Positions 39,794 to 49,340 of a stretch of 64,000 nucleotides of DNA are shown here, piece after piece. The notes below the pieces were generated by a model. The model searched no databases, had not been told where the DNA came from, and was given only the letters and a program-made list of their open reading frames with translations. A program made the translations under genes and the position numbers. Source of the DNA: Candidatus Gottesmanbacteria bacterium GW2011_GWA2_43_14 (lineage in GTDB: Bacteria > Patescibacteriota > Microgenomatia > 2-02-FULL-39-11); assembly GCA_000999095.1 (NCBI GenBank), contig LCFP01000003.1, positions 93,437 through 157,436 on the forward strand. The letters run 5' to 3'. Every line of letters begins with the position of its first letter. Positions within the stretch are counted from its first letter, which is position 1.

Positions 39794-42739
39794 ATGTCTG
39801 AATTCAAACTCAACCAGTCCCAGTTGGAAGCGGTCCGGCACGGCAGCGGCCCCTTGCTAATTATAGCGGGAGCGGGTACCGGCAAAACAACTGTGGTAAC
39901 TGAAAGGATCAGATATTTAATCGAAAATAAACATGCCAGTCCAACCGAAATTCTGGCTTTGACCTTTACCGAGAAAGCGGCCAGGGAAATGGAAGAAAGA
40001 GTTGACCGCATCCTTCCCTATGGCATGACGGAGACATGGATAACCACTTTCCATGCTTTCGGCGACCGCCTGCTTCGCAAAGAAGCGCTGGAAATAGGTT
40101 TAAGTCCGGGTTTTAAACTGATGACTCAGGCGGAAACAATTATTTTTTTCCGTAACAACCTATTCCAATTTGAACTTAATTACTACCGGCCCCTGGGCAA
40201 CCCCGGCAAATTCATCGAAGCCCTCCTGACACATTTTGACAGGTTGCGTGATGAGGATATAAGCCCAAACCAATACCTTGAATGGGCGGTGGGCAAAAGC
40301 CAAAAGCATAAAGGCAAAAGTGATGAAGAAAAAACAGAAACGGAAAAAAATCTGGAACTGGCCTATGCCTACCTGAAATATGAAGAGTTGAAGGTAAAAG
40401 AAGGAGTCATCGATTTTTCCGACCTGATTGCCGGCAGTTTAAAATTGTTCCGTCAGAGAAAAAATATTCTCCAAGAATACCGCAGCAGATTTAAATTTAT
40501 CCTGATTGACGAATTCCAGGATACCAATTTCGCGCAAAACGAGCTGACCCAACTATTGGCGGCAGAGCACAAGAATATCACGGTCGTCGGTGACGATGAC
40601 CAGGCAATCTATCGTTTCCGGGGGGCGGCCGTATCCAATATCATCCAGTTCCGGAATACTTACCCCGAGGCCAAGATCGTCGTTTTGACAGGAAATTACC
40701 GTTCCACGGCCGCAATCCTGGATACTGCCTACCGTTTGATCCAAAACAACAATCCGGACAGGCTGGAGGAGCGGGAAAATATAGACAAGAAACTTACCCC
40801 CGAAAGACGGTTAAAAGGGGAGGCTGTCCAATTCCTGTTTGAGGAAAGGGTAGAAGATGAGGCGGAAGCGGTGGTTAAAAAAATAAGGGATCTGGCTGCA
40901 GCCGATTCGGGGCAGCATAAAAAATATGCCTGGAAAGATTTTGCCATACTTCTTCGGGCCAACAACCACTCGGAACCTTTTGTCAAAGCCCTGGCCAGGG
41001 CAGGTGTTCCCTACCAGTTTTTGGGCCCAGGCAGATTGTTCAAGCAAAAGGAAGTAAAAAATCTGATCGCATACCTTAAATTCCTGAGCGAAAACGACAA
41101 CTCCGTCGCTTTATACAGGGTATTGAGCATGGTTGAATTTGATATTCCGGTCAGGGATCTGGCTGCCCTTTTAAATTTTTCCAAAAGGCTGGGCCTGTCG
41201 CTTTATGAAGGCATTGATACAATCAGCGCCCACCACAGGCAGCTGGCCGACCATTGGAGCCTGAAAAGCAATTACCGCATGTACCTGCCTTATCTGTCGC
41301 AAAAAACCGTGGATACCGTCAATAAATTCATCCTGATGGCGGAAAAACATCTCGGGGATGCCAAAAATGACACTGCCGGGCAAATCCTCTATTCATTCCT
41401 CGAGGATACCGGCATTCTCAGGAACCTGACTGAATATAAAACTGCCCTGGAGGAGAAAGAAGCGGTCAATATTTCGCGCTTTTTCGACAAGTTAAAATCC
41501 TATGAAGCAGGGCATGAGGATGCCTCCATTTTTGCCGTCAGCGACTGGATTGACATGTCCATGGAGCTTGGAGAAAGCCCTTTGGCTGCCGATTCCGACT
41601 GGACGGGCAACGACGCCGTCAACCTCTTAACCGTCCATTCAAGCAAAGGCCTGGAGTTCCCGGTTGTTTTCCTGGTCAATCTCGTATCTGAAAGGTTTCC
41701 CACCAGGGAAAGGGCAGACAGGATTCCCATTCCCGATGAACTGATAAAGGAAATTTTGCCGGAGGGCGATTACCATCTGGAGGAAGAGAGGCGGTTGTTT
41801 TATGTAGGGGCAACCCGGGCCCGCGACCGGCTTTATTTCACTTCTGCCAAATATTACGGCGAAGGAAAAAGGGAACGCAAAATATCCCCCTTCGTTTCTG
41901 AAGCACTGGGGAAACTGCCGGACCGGCCGCTTCATGAAGCCGACCAGCTTAATTTATTGAACTGGCAGAAAAGCGAAGTAAAAACACCCGTGTCAGACAG
42001 GCCGCCAATCGAATACTTATCATATTCTCAGATAGGGACTTACCTCACTTGTCCTTTGCAGTATAAATACCGTTATATCATCAGAATTCCCGTTCCCCAG
42101 TCGGGAGCCGCTTCCTTCGGTTCTTCCATGCATTTGGCTTTGCAGAAATTTTATGAGCTTTATAAAAAAGGGGAAAAGCCTGATGAGATGAAACTGCTTC
42201 GACTTCTGGACGAAGCCTGGATTCCTTTGGGTTTCGGCACAAAAAAATATGAGGAGAAGATGAAAGCCAAAGGCCGGGAGATGCTTTCCGCTTATTTTGA
42301 AAAAGCCTTTGATCCCAAGGTGCAGGTTGCTGATCTGGAAAAACTGTTCCGGATTAAACTGACTCCAGGCTTAAAACTGGGAGGAAAAATCGACCGCGTT
42401 GACATGCTGACTGACGGCAGGCTGGAAATAATCGATTATAAAACCGGCAAGAAACCCGGGGAAAAAGAAATAAAAAATAATCTGCAGATGACGGTTTACG
42501 CGCTTGCCGCTGAAGATAGCGGCATCTATAATAAAAAACCGGAGCAGGTAGTTTTGTCGTTTTATTTTCTGGCAACCGGTGACAAAATGTCTACCAGCCG
42601 CACCAAGGCAGATCTGGAGAAGGCCGGGGAAAAGATCATCGCCACGGCCAAGGATATTGACGGAAGCTTATTTGAAGCCAAAGTCGGACCATGGTGCACT
42701 TTCTGCGATTTTAAAATGATTTGCGAGGCCTGGCAGTAA
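39794..42739 (+). CDS. UvrD-family helicase fused to a C-terminal PD-(D/E)XK nuclease with Fe-S cysteines
   Basis: AGAGTGKT, DEFQD, VGDDDQ.IY.FRG, HSSKGLEF, EERRLFYV; then SYSQ...CP, GKIDRVD, IIDYKTG, CTFCDFKMIC. Confidence 0.93.
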   Translation: MSEFKLNQSQLEAVRHGSGPLLIIAGAGTGKTTVVTERIRYLIENKHASPTEILALTFTEKAAREMEERVDRILPYGMTETWITTFHAFGDRLLRKEALEIGLSPGFKLMTQAETIIFFRNNLFQFELNYYRPLGNPGKFIEALLTHFDRLRDEDISPNQYLEWAVGKSQKHKGKSDEEKTETEKNLELAYAYLKYEELKVKEGVIDFSDLIAGSLKLFRQRKNILQEYRSRFKFILIDEFQDTNFAQNELTQLLAAEHKNITVVGDDDQAIYRFRGAAVSNIIQFRNTYPEAKIVVLTGNYRSTAAILDTAYRLIQNNNPDRLEERENIDKKLTPERRLKGEAVQFLFEERVEDEAEAVVKKIRDLAAADSGQHKKYAWKDFAILLRANNHSEPFVKALARAGVPYQFLGPGRLFKQKEVKNLIAYLKFLSENDNSVALYRVLSMVEFDIPVRDLAALLNFSKRLGLSLYEGIDTISAHHRQLADHWSLKSNYRMYLPYLSQKTVDTVNKFILMAEKHLGDAKNDTAGQILYSFLEDTGILRNLTEYKTALEEKEAVNISRFFDKLKSYEAGHEDASIFAVSDWIDMSMELGESPLAADSDWTGNDAVNLLTVHSSKGLEFPVVFLVNLVSERFPTRERADRIPIPDELIKEILPEGDYHLEEERRLFYVGATRARDRLYFTSAKYYGEGKRERKISPFVSEALGKLPDRPLHEADQLNLLNWQKSEVKTPVSDRPPIEYLSYSQIGTYLTCPLQYKYRYIIRIPVPQSGAASFGSSMHLALQKFYELYKKGEKPDEMKLLRLLDEAWIPLGFGTKKYEEKMKAKGREMLSAYFEKAFDPKVQVADLEKLFRIKLTPGLKLGGKIDRVDMLTDGRLEIIDYKTGKKPGEKEIKNNLQMTVYALAAEDSGIYNKKPEQVVLSFYFLATGDKMSTSRTKADLEKAGEKIIATAKDIDGSLFEAKVGPWCTFCDFKMICEAWQ

Positions 42740-43518
42740 TGAAAATAAAAAAACTGGAAGACTATCTTTTTAAACTGCTTCATTTCGACAAACTTCTTAA
42801 TCCGGAAAAGATTGATCCATTTATGACCAATGGTTTGATGGTCAAAGGCAAAGAGGAAATAACCCGCCTCGGTTTCGGAGTTTCCGCCTCGCTTGTCCTG
42901 TTTGAAAAAGCAGCTGCGGGAAAATGCGACGGGATCATCGTCCATCATTCATTCAATCTGCCTCCTTCAAACCGCTATGACCAGATTTTCCAAAAGCGCC
43001 TGTCTTTTCTTATCTCCCGGCAGATTTCGCTTTTCGGCTACCATTTCCTTTTGGATGCCCATCCGCAAATCGGCAATAACGCCCAAATCCTCAAGGCAAT
43101 CGGGGCAAAACCTGAGGCTCCCTATCTCTTCCATGGAGACCCCTGGGGTTTTTCCGGCAGTTTCAGCAGGGAAGAAAGCCTGCAGAAAATTATTGAAAAA
43201 ATAAAGCCGTTTCTTTCACCGCAAAGTATTTTTTACGATTACGGACCGGAGATGATCAGAAAAGTGGCGGCTGTCTCCGGCAAAGGAGCGCCTGGGCCGG
43301 GTGATATGCAACGGCTTATGGATAATAATATTGATCTCTATATAACGGGTGAAGCCCATGAGTGGAACCGGGAGCTTTTCCGCGAAGCGAACATCAACTT
43401 CATCGCCGGCGGCCATTACCATACGGAAATGTTCGGCCTTAAAGCCCTGATGGCCAAAATCCAAAAAGACCTCCCCGAACTCTCCCTTGTCTTTCTCGAT
43501 GTGCCAAACAAGGTCTGA
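42739..43518 (+). CDS. Nif3-like dinuclear metal-centre protein
   Basis: NGL.V.G, IVHH, YH..LDAHP..GNN, YITGE, GHYHTE. Confidence 0.92.
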   Translation: MKIKKLEDYLFKLLHFDKLLNPEKIDPFMTNGLMVKGKEEITRLGFGVSASLVLFEKAAAGKCDGIIVHHSFNLPPSNRYDQIFQKRLSFLISRQISLFGYHFLLDAHPQIGNNAQILKAIGAKPEAPYLFHGDPWGFSGSFSREESLQKIIEKIKPFLSPQSIFYDYGPEMIRKVAAVSGKGAPGPGDMQRLMDNNIDLYITGEAHEWNRELFREANINFIAGGHYHTEMFGLKALMAKIQKDLPELSLVFLDVPNKV

Positions 43519-43610
43519 AAGTTCTATTAGACCCTTATCAATTGGACTGTCCAACTCGTCCTAATATATAATCAGCCTGGCTATTTGGATTATTTTAATG
43601 CTCTAAATCG

Positions 43611-44564
43611 ATGCTTGATAAAGAAACTAAAAGGGCAAGATCATCAGTTGTATGGGAGCCAGGATTAACTGTTGCCGATATTGCCTATCTATTAAAAACT
43701 GCAAAAATGGTTGGAAAAATTGTGTCAACGCCTTCTCAAACCATTATTAAGGAACAAGCGGACGATGCCGCTGAGATATTCAGCAGAAATAAATCAAGCG
43801 GTATACCGGTGATAATTGCCGCCTGGAACGAGCAAGAGGATCTGCCCAGATTACTGTATGCATTATCTTTGTCAGAAGGTCCTGTTAAGCCATTGGTAAT
43901 CGATAACGGCAGCGATGATAATACCAGAAAAATCGCGGAAAGATTCGGAGTGACTGTACTGGAAGAGGAGAGGGGAGGAATTATTTATGCCAGAAGGAAA
44001 GGTTATCTGCATTTGAAAAAGGAGAGCGGCAATCCATACATAGTGCTTTGTTTGGATGCTGATTCAATTCCCGGCCAGAATTGGTCTCAAACTATGACGG
44101 AGATGCTTAATAATTATCCGCCAGAAGGGGGTGAGGCTTTCGGATTCTTTGCCTATTATGGAGGAACTTTTTTATCTGATTTACTGCTCGATATTATTTA
44201 CCATAGACCTAATTTTTCCTATCCGATTTATAAAAATACGGTACGTACCCATGGCGGTAATTCCGGAATTAAATTTGACCGAGAAGGGAGAATAATCGAT
44301 GCTTTAACCAGTTTAAATCCAAAATTTGTAACCGGAACGAGTACTTATATTTTAGATGCTGTTTTAGATAATGGAGGATATGCCAGAAGAAATTTGAATC
44401 CCAGGTCTGTTGCATTTACTAGATCAGACCGATTTCCAAACCTGGTATCGGTGCTGGCTTTCGCATTTAAAATGAACAGACTGAAAATGTATAGTGATTA
44501 TTTCGGTAGAAATCCCAGAGTTGATTATTTCAACGGAAGTAGGTATGAAGAAAAGAATAAATAA
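43611..44564 (+). CDS. GT2-family glycosyltransferase
   Basis: VIIAAWNE, VIDNGSDDNT, LDADS. Confidence 0.85.
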   Translation: MLDKETKRARSSVVWEPGLTVADIAYLLKTAKMVGKIVSTPSQTIIKEQADDAAEIFSRNKSSGIPVIIAAWNEQEDLPRLLYALSLSEGPVKPLVIDNGSDDNTRKIAERFGVTVLEEERGGIIYARRKGYLHLKKESGNPYIVLCLDADSIPGQNWSQTMTEMLNNYPPEGGEAFGFFAYYGGTFLSDLLLDIIYHRPNFSYPIYKNTVRTHGGNSGIKFDREGRIIDALTSLNPKFVTGTSTYILDAVLDNGGYARRNLNPRSVAFTRSDRFPNLVSVLAFAFKMNRLKMYSDYFGRNPRVDYFNGSRYEEKNK

Positions 44565-44598
44565 GATATGACGGAGTTTAGAGTTTGCACCAACACGA

Positions 44599-45261
44599 TT
44601 AACCGCTTCCGTGATAGCCGGGAATGTTTGTTTTTTTGATGACGGCCGGTACTCCGGCCACAAGAGTGTTGGCCGGAACATCTTCTTTGACGACGCTACC
44701 TGCTGCTACCACGCTATTTTCACCTATAATAATTTTCGGCAGGATTTTTGCCCCCATTGCCACATAAGCCCCTTTTTTAATTACAGAAAAACCGGCCAGT
44801 ATGGCGCCGCTTTCAACGGTTGCCAACTCTTCGATTGCTACATCGTGGCCGATCAATGCTCCCCGATTTATCAGGGTAAAATCACCTATATTTGAGTGCG
44901 CGCCGATAACGCAACCGGCGGCAATAATGGCTCCTTTGGTTGATACAACAGCGCGACGGGACAAAATTGCCCCGGGATGGACCAGGCTGACGGGATGGAA
45001 AAACTTTGGCGGAAGACTGTCAATGATTGATTGGCGGAATGACGGAGTATGAATGCAGCAGGAAAAATATTTTATAGCCCGATCGTTTTCGAGCTCACCG
45101 ATTGTGACTACCAGGTAACCGTCAATCTCTTTTATTTTTTGGCCTTTCTGGTTGTCAACCGGAATTATTTGTTTGAAACCTACCAATTCAGCCAGTTCAA
45201 TGACTTCAGAAATAAAACCGGTTCTGACTCCGACAAGATAAATTTTTTTCCTGCCCGTCAT
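44599..45261 (-). CDS. Sugar acetyltransferase (NeuD/PglD family)
   Basis: SLVHP.A, IGHD, hexapeptide repeats, VAGVPA. Confidence 0.88.
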   Translation of the reverse strand: MTGRKKIYLVGVRTGFISEVIELAELVGFKQIIPVDNQKGQKIKEIDGYLVVTIGELENDRAIKYFSCCIHTPSFRQSIIDSLPPKFFHPVSLVHPGAILSRRAVVSTKGAIIAAGCVIGAHSNIGDFTLINRGALIGHDVAIEELATVESGAILAGFSVIKKGAYVAMGAKILPKIIIGENSVVAAGSVVKEDVPANTLVAGVPAVIKKTNIPGYHGSG

Positions 45262-46091
45262 AATCCCAGGAGTTTTCTGGTAGTACGGGTATCAGCCAAA
45301 GGTCTTCCCATGGATTTGGCCACCCTGATTATCCTTTCCACCAGTTTGGCGTTTGTAGCCGGTTCTTTTTTATCCCCGTCCATATAAAAGCTGTCTTCGA
45401 GACCTACTCTGATATGTCCTCCGGCAGTCAGTGAAAAAAGGTTGGCAGGATACTGGTATTTGCCGACTCCGGTTATGGCAAAGCGCCAATCCGGTTTCAT
45501 CATCGATAAAAAAAGATCAGCCGTCCTGTGGTCGAAGGGTGATGTTCCTAAAGATCCCAGAAAAATATTGATCCATCTGGGTGTATCCAGAAGGCCTTTC
45601 CTGATCAGATACAGGCCGTAATTGATCATGCCCGGTTCAAATATTTCCCACTCGGGCTGTATCTTCCGCTTTTTCATGACAGATGCGAGATGCATAATAG
45701 TCTCAGGGGAGTTCAGGCAGGCTTCCTTGGGAAAATTGAAGGATCCCAATGTTAAAGAGGCAAAGTCAGGTTTCTGACCGCCATTAAGTTCCAATACATG
45801 GCTTCTCTCCCGGTGTTTTTGGAAAATCCGCCCGCTGGTGGTTGCGCAAATCACAACATGGCTGTTTATTTTTCTGATGCCGGTTATGATTTCGGCAAAA
45901 ATATTTTTATGGTAGTGAGGTTTTCCGTCCTTGTCGCGTGCGTGCAAATGGAGCATGGTGGCGCCGAGTTTAATAACAGCAGCCGCATCGCGGATAATTT
46001 CCGGCGGGGAAAGCGGAACGGACGGGTTATCTTTTTTGCCCGGTACATTGCCTGTCAGGCAGACGTTGATGATTAAGGGAGCGGAAATCAC
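45258..46091 (-). CDS. Beta-keto acid cleavage enzyme (BKACE/DUF849, Kce-like)
   Basis: LIINVCLTG, NP.VP.SP.EI, HLHARD, RVGLED, ATNA.LV; start uncertain (GTG 46091 or ATG 46157). Confidence 0.88.
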   Translation of the reverse strand: MISAPLIINVCLTGNVPGKKDNPSVPLSPPEIIRDAAAVIKLGATMLHLHARDKDGKPHYHKNIFAEIITGIRKINSHVVICATTSGRIFQKHRERSHVLELNGGQKPDFASLTLGSFNFPKEACLNSPETIMHLASVMKKRKIQPEWEIFEPGMINYGLYLIRKGLLDTPRWINIFLGSLGTSPFDHRTADLFLSMMKPDWRFAITGVGKYQYPANLFSLTAGGHIRVGLEDSFYMDGDKKEPATNAKLVERIIRVAKSMGRPLADTRTTRKLLGL

Positions 46092-46125
46092 GTGATTTAT
46101 TGTATCATAAGTGCCAAGACAGAAG

Positions 46126-47034
46126 ATGCTATCAGATAAGCCCGCAACAAGTTTCATACTGTGCGTTTACAACGGTGAAAAAACACTGGCGGCTACTCTC
46201 AGTTCCCTTTACGGACAAAAAGAGATTGATTTGGAGATTATTGCCGTCAATGACGGATCCGAAGATAAATCCGGGGAAATACTGCAGAAATTTAAAACGA
46301 AATTCGGCCGGATGACAATAGTCAATATTGGTCATTCCGGTTTGGCAGTTGCCCGTAATACCGGGATAGGTCTTGCCCGCGGAGATTATTTGGCTTCAGC
46401 CGCCCAGGATGATATATATTTCCCCGAAAAAACAATCGGACAGATAAAATACCTGGAAAAGAATAAACTTGATTTTTGTTTCAGTGAGGTTGAATTGATT
46501 GACAGCCGCGGAAGAAAAACCCAAGATAAGAGCCTTAAAATTTATAATGCCCGACTGCTTCCCTGGCCGTTGGTAATTCCGCAGGTGATCTGGCGTTTTG
46601 CCGTCTGTTCACCGACTTTTCTTTGCCGGAAGAATTGTTATCAGAAATTGAAATGGAACCCGGGCATTCTTCTTTTTAACGACAAGTATTTATGGATTAA
46701 GATGTTCATGCATTTCAGGGGAGGCAAACTGCCGCAGGTTGCCCTAAAGCACAGGATGGCCAACAGGCAAAAACAGGGGTTATATAAGCGGAATTTTCCG
46801 GCGGGTTTTTTATATCTGGAACACAGGGCAGCGGTTTTGTCAGCTGTCCTGCCGTCATTTTTCCCGGAGAAAATCTTTTCCGGGAAAGAAAATTTTTTCG
46901 GGCTGGTCAGTTGTATACTGGCTTTGCAAAAAAACCCCGGAGACAAAAGGAGTTTCATGCTGCTGGCCTCTATATATCAAAAATACGGATTTTCATTCGC
47001 GGCTAAACATTTCACTGCCCTGGCAAAAATTTAA
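46126..47034 (+). CDS. GT2-family glycosyltransferase
   Basis: CVYNGE, VNDGSED, GLAVARNTG, QDD; start uncertain. Confidence 0.85.
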   Translation: MLSDKPATSFILCVYNGEKTLAATLSSLYGQKEIDLEIIAVNDGSEDKSGEILQKFKTKFGRMTIVNIGHSGLAVARNTGIGLARGDYLASAAQDDIYFPEKTIGQIKYLEKNKLDFCFSEVELIDSRGRKTQDKSLKIYNARLLPWPLVIPQVIWRFAVCSPTFLCRKNCYQKLKWNPGILLFNDKYLWIKMFMHFRGGKLPQVALKHRMANRQKQGLYKRNFPAGFLYLEHRAAVLSAVLPSFFPEKIFSGKENFFGLVSCILALQKNPGDKRSFMLLASIYQKYGFSFAAKHFTALAKI

Positions 47035-47036
47035 TC

Positions 47037-47894
47037 CTACCTTGAAAAATTCTCCATCAGGACTACCTTTTTATCGGAGAAGCCTTCCTTGAATTTGGTG
47101 AAACCGCGCCAGCTTTCTGAGGCAACGGGAAACCGCCCGTCATAAACGCCTTCGAAATCCAGGACCTTGGCTCCTCTTTTTTTAGCGCGTTTGACCGCTT
47201 CCCAGACCAGAAGAGATGGAGCAAATAATTTTTTCCCGAGGGGCAGGGCAGCGGCATACCAGTAATAAGCCAGTGAATTGTGGTAAAGAAGCAGGATGCC
47301 GGCAACTGTTTTGCCTTCCCGTGTTTTAGCAAGAAGAAGGTCCGCTTTTTCCGGATAAAAATTTTGCCAAAGTTTCTTCATTTCGCCCGCAATCAGAAAG
47401 CCCATAGGGTAAAACTGCGATTTGCGTACGGCAATGAACGCTTTGAGATCTTCCGACAGCTCAACTTTTATTTCATTTTTCAAAGCCCGGCGCACCGCCC
47501 GCCTTTTGGCTTCCGAAAAGGATTTGAAAATCGCATCTTCAGACCGGGTTAAGTCAACAATTATGGTGGTAGTGGGATTGTACGGATCAGTGTTTATGCG
47601 GAAATCAGAGGTCTGCAGCTTTTTTTTCTCCTTTTTATAAAAGACTGAATTGACGGATAGATGGGGAGAAATTTTAAAACGGTATATCCTGTTTTTTTTA
47701 AGAAAATCATTAAGACCGGTTAAAAGTAGTGGAGAATCCGGCCTGGGACATTTGGCGAAACTGCCTATAAGGGGAAATTTGCGCAGATACACATGACGGG
47801 AATTGAAAACAACGGTCTTCCAGCCGATACCTTCCATAAATGAAGCGAATCGGTCGGATTGCCTGATATCCCTGGCCGGATTATGTTGTTTCAT
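47037..47894 (-). CDS. FemAB/FemX-like tRNA-dependent peptidoglycan bridge aminoacyltransferase
   Basis: TIIVDLT, RRAVRRA.K, LLVWE, DFEG, GFTKFKEGF. Confidence 0.8.
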   Translation of the reverse strand: MKQHNPARDIRQSDRFASFMEGIGWKTVVFNSRHVYLRKFPLIGSFAKCPRPDSPLLLTGLNDFLKKNRIYRFKISPHLSVNSVFYKKEKKKLQTSDFRINTDPYNPTTTIIVDLTRSEDAIFKSFSEAKRRAVRRALKNEIKVELSEDLKAFIAVRKSQFYPMGFLIAGEMKKLWQNFYPEKADLLLAKTREGKTVAGILLLYHNSLAYYWYAAALPLGKKLFAPSLLVWEAVKRAKKRGAKVLDFEGVYDGRFPVASESWRGFTKFKEGFSDKKVVLMENFSR

Positions 47895-48910
47895 CTTAAG
47901 GAGGCTTTCAATTTCAGGTAGATTTCCCTAAGCTGCTGGAGCCCGTTAAAAAGACGGTAGGTGAGAGGTTTGGCAGTCAGGTCAAAACTGCCGGCAAATT
48001 CGGTCAGTTTGGCGCCGTAGCCTTCCTTGAATTTATGAAAACCGTACCAGGGATCTTTGGGATCGGGATCGGGATCGAGGGCCCCCCACATATCGAACAA
48101 ATTGGCGCCGTGCTTTTTGCCGTAGCGGATCACTTCCCACATCATCAGATTGGAGGGCATAAACTGGCGCAATTGAAGGGATGAGGCGCCGTAGGGATAA
48201 TATAAAACGCCGTTGAAGAGAAATACGATCCAGGCGACCAAAACTTTTTCATCTTCGCCGCCGCCGTGTTTGGCCAATAAAAGCCGGGCAATGCCGGTTG
48301 GGTGCATCGTTTCCCACATAAGCCTGTGGTATTTCTCCGTATGGGCAAAAAACTTCTGTCTGATGGTTGTCTCTTTTAACAGTTGAAGATAGGTTTCGAA
48401 GGCTTCAGGGGAATTGTCTTCAATTATGCGGATGCCTTTTTTTTGCGAGAGGCGGATATTGTAGCGGGTTTTGGGATGCATGGCGGAAAGGAGCAGGTCT
48501 TCGGAGGCAGTCAGGTCGAGGCGGAATGTATAGCGGGTGAAAAGGGGATGGGGGGAAGGCAGCAGGTGTTTAACGACGTCAACGCCTGCGTGAAAATCTT
48601 TCTTTTCGATATCCGGCTCCAATTTGATTAAAATGGCATTTTTTTGATCGCCCAATTCCGTAAGTTTTCGAATAAGCTCACCAGAGGGAATTTTGCCTTT
48701 GGGAAAATAGCCGATTGAGTAGGAAGTAAAAGGAACGGGATGAAATGTCACCAGGGCAGTTTCCGTTAATTTATCCTTTACATACCTGCCTAGCCTGACG
48801 ACATCGATACCGGTTTTTAAGCGGAATTCCCCCCATTCCCATGACTGGAGCGGATGGCCGGCCACTTTATTGAAGGCAACCCGTTCATTTTTTTCAACTA
48901 TGCGGATCAT
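47891..48910 (-). CDS. FemAB/FemX-like tRNA-dependent peptidoglycan bridge aminoacyltransferase
   Basis: HPLQSWEWG, KTRYNIRL..KKG, YPYGAS, FDMWG, GFHKFKEGYG. Confidence 0.9.
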   Translation of the reverse strand: MIRIVEKNERVAFNKVAGHPLQSWEWGEFRLKTGIDVVRLGRYVKDKLTETALVTFHPVPFTSYSIGYFPKGKIPSGELIRKLTELGDQKNAILIKLEPDIEKKDFHAGVDVVKHLLPSPHPLFTRYTFRLDLTASEDLLLSAMHPKTRYNIRLSQKKGIRIIEDNSPEAFETYLQLLKETTIRQKFFAHTEKYHRLMWETMHPTGIARLLLAKHGGGEDEKVLVAWIVFLFNGVLYYPYGASSLQLRQFMPSNLMMWEVIRYGKKHGANLFDMWGALDPDPDPKDPWYGFHKFKEGYGAKLTEFAGSFDLTAKPLTYRLFNGLQQLREIYLKLKASLR

Positions 48911-48938
48911 TTTAATGTTATTATAATCTGAGAGAGCT

Positions 48939-49340
48939 ATGGTAAACAAAAAGAAGGGAAGAAAATTCCGGATCCATTATATCCCCTTAATTGTCATCGC
49001 CGTCCTTCTGGGCATCATCTACACTAGTATTGTCAGTCGAGAAACTCTGGATTCCCGGTCAGTCAATATTACCCTCCGGTCAAAAGACGAGCTGGATGCG
49101 GATTATTATGAAGATATGGCCAAAACAGATCTTGCCGATAAATTGAGTATACCGATATCGGAAATAAAGACTGTTCAAACGGAAAAAACGGAATTTAATG
49201 ACACAAGTTTAGGTTGTCCCGAGAAAAATAAATTTTATGCCCAGGTCATAACACCGGGTTTTAATATTACATTGTCAGCTAGGGAGAAAGCTTATGATTA
49301 TCACGCGGGATCAGAAAAAGTCGTGATATGTCCTCTCTAA
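48939..49340 (+). CDS. Membrane-anchored hypothetical protein
   Basis: N-terminal TM; DTSLGCP....YAQVITPG motif. Confidence 0.7.
   Translation: MVNKKKGRKFRIHYIPLIVIAVLLGIIYTSIVSRETLDSRSVNITLRSKDELDADYYEDMAKTDLADKLSIPISEIKTVQTEKTEFNDTSLGCPEKNKFYAQVITPGFNITLSAREKAYDYHAGSEKVVICPL

Noticed and set aside
41990-42739. Cas4-like nuclease as evidence of a CRISPR-Cas locus
   Set aside because: It is the C-terminal domain of a UvrD helicase; no cas1/cas2 or array is present.
43542-43554. TTGGAC-T-GTCCAA palindrome upstream of a GT2 gene
   Set aside because: Single short occurrence with no candidate regulator; could be chance.
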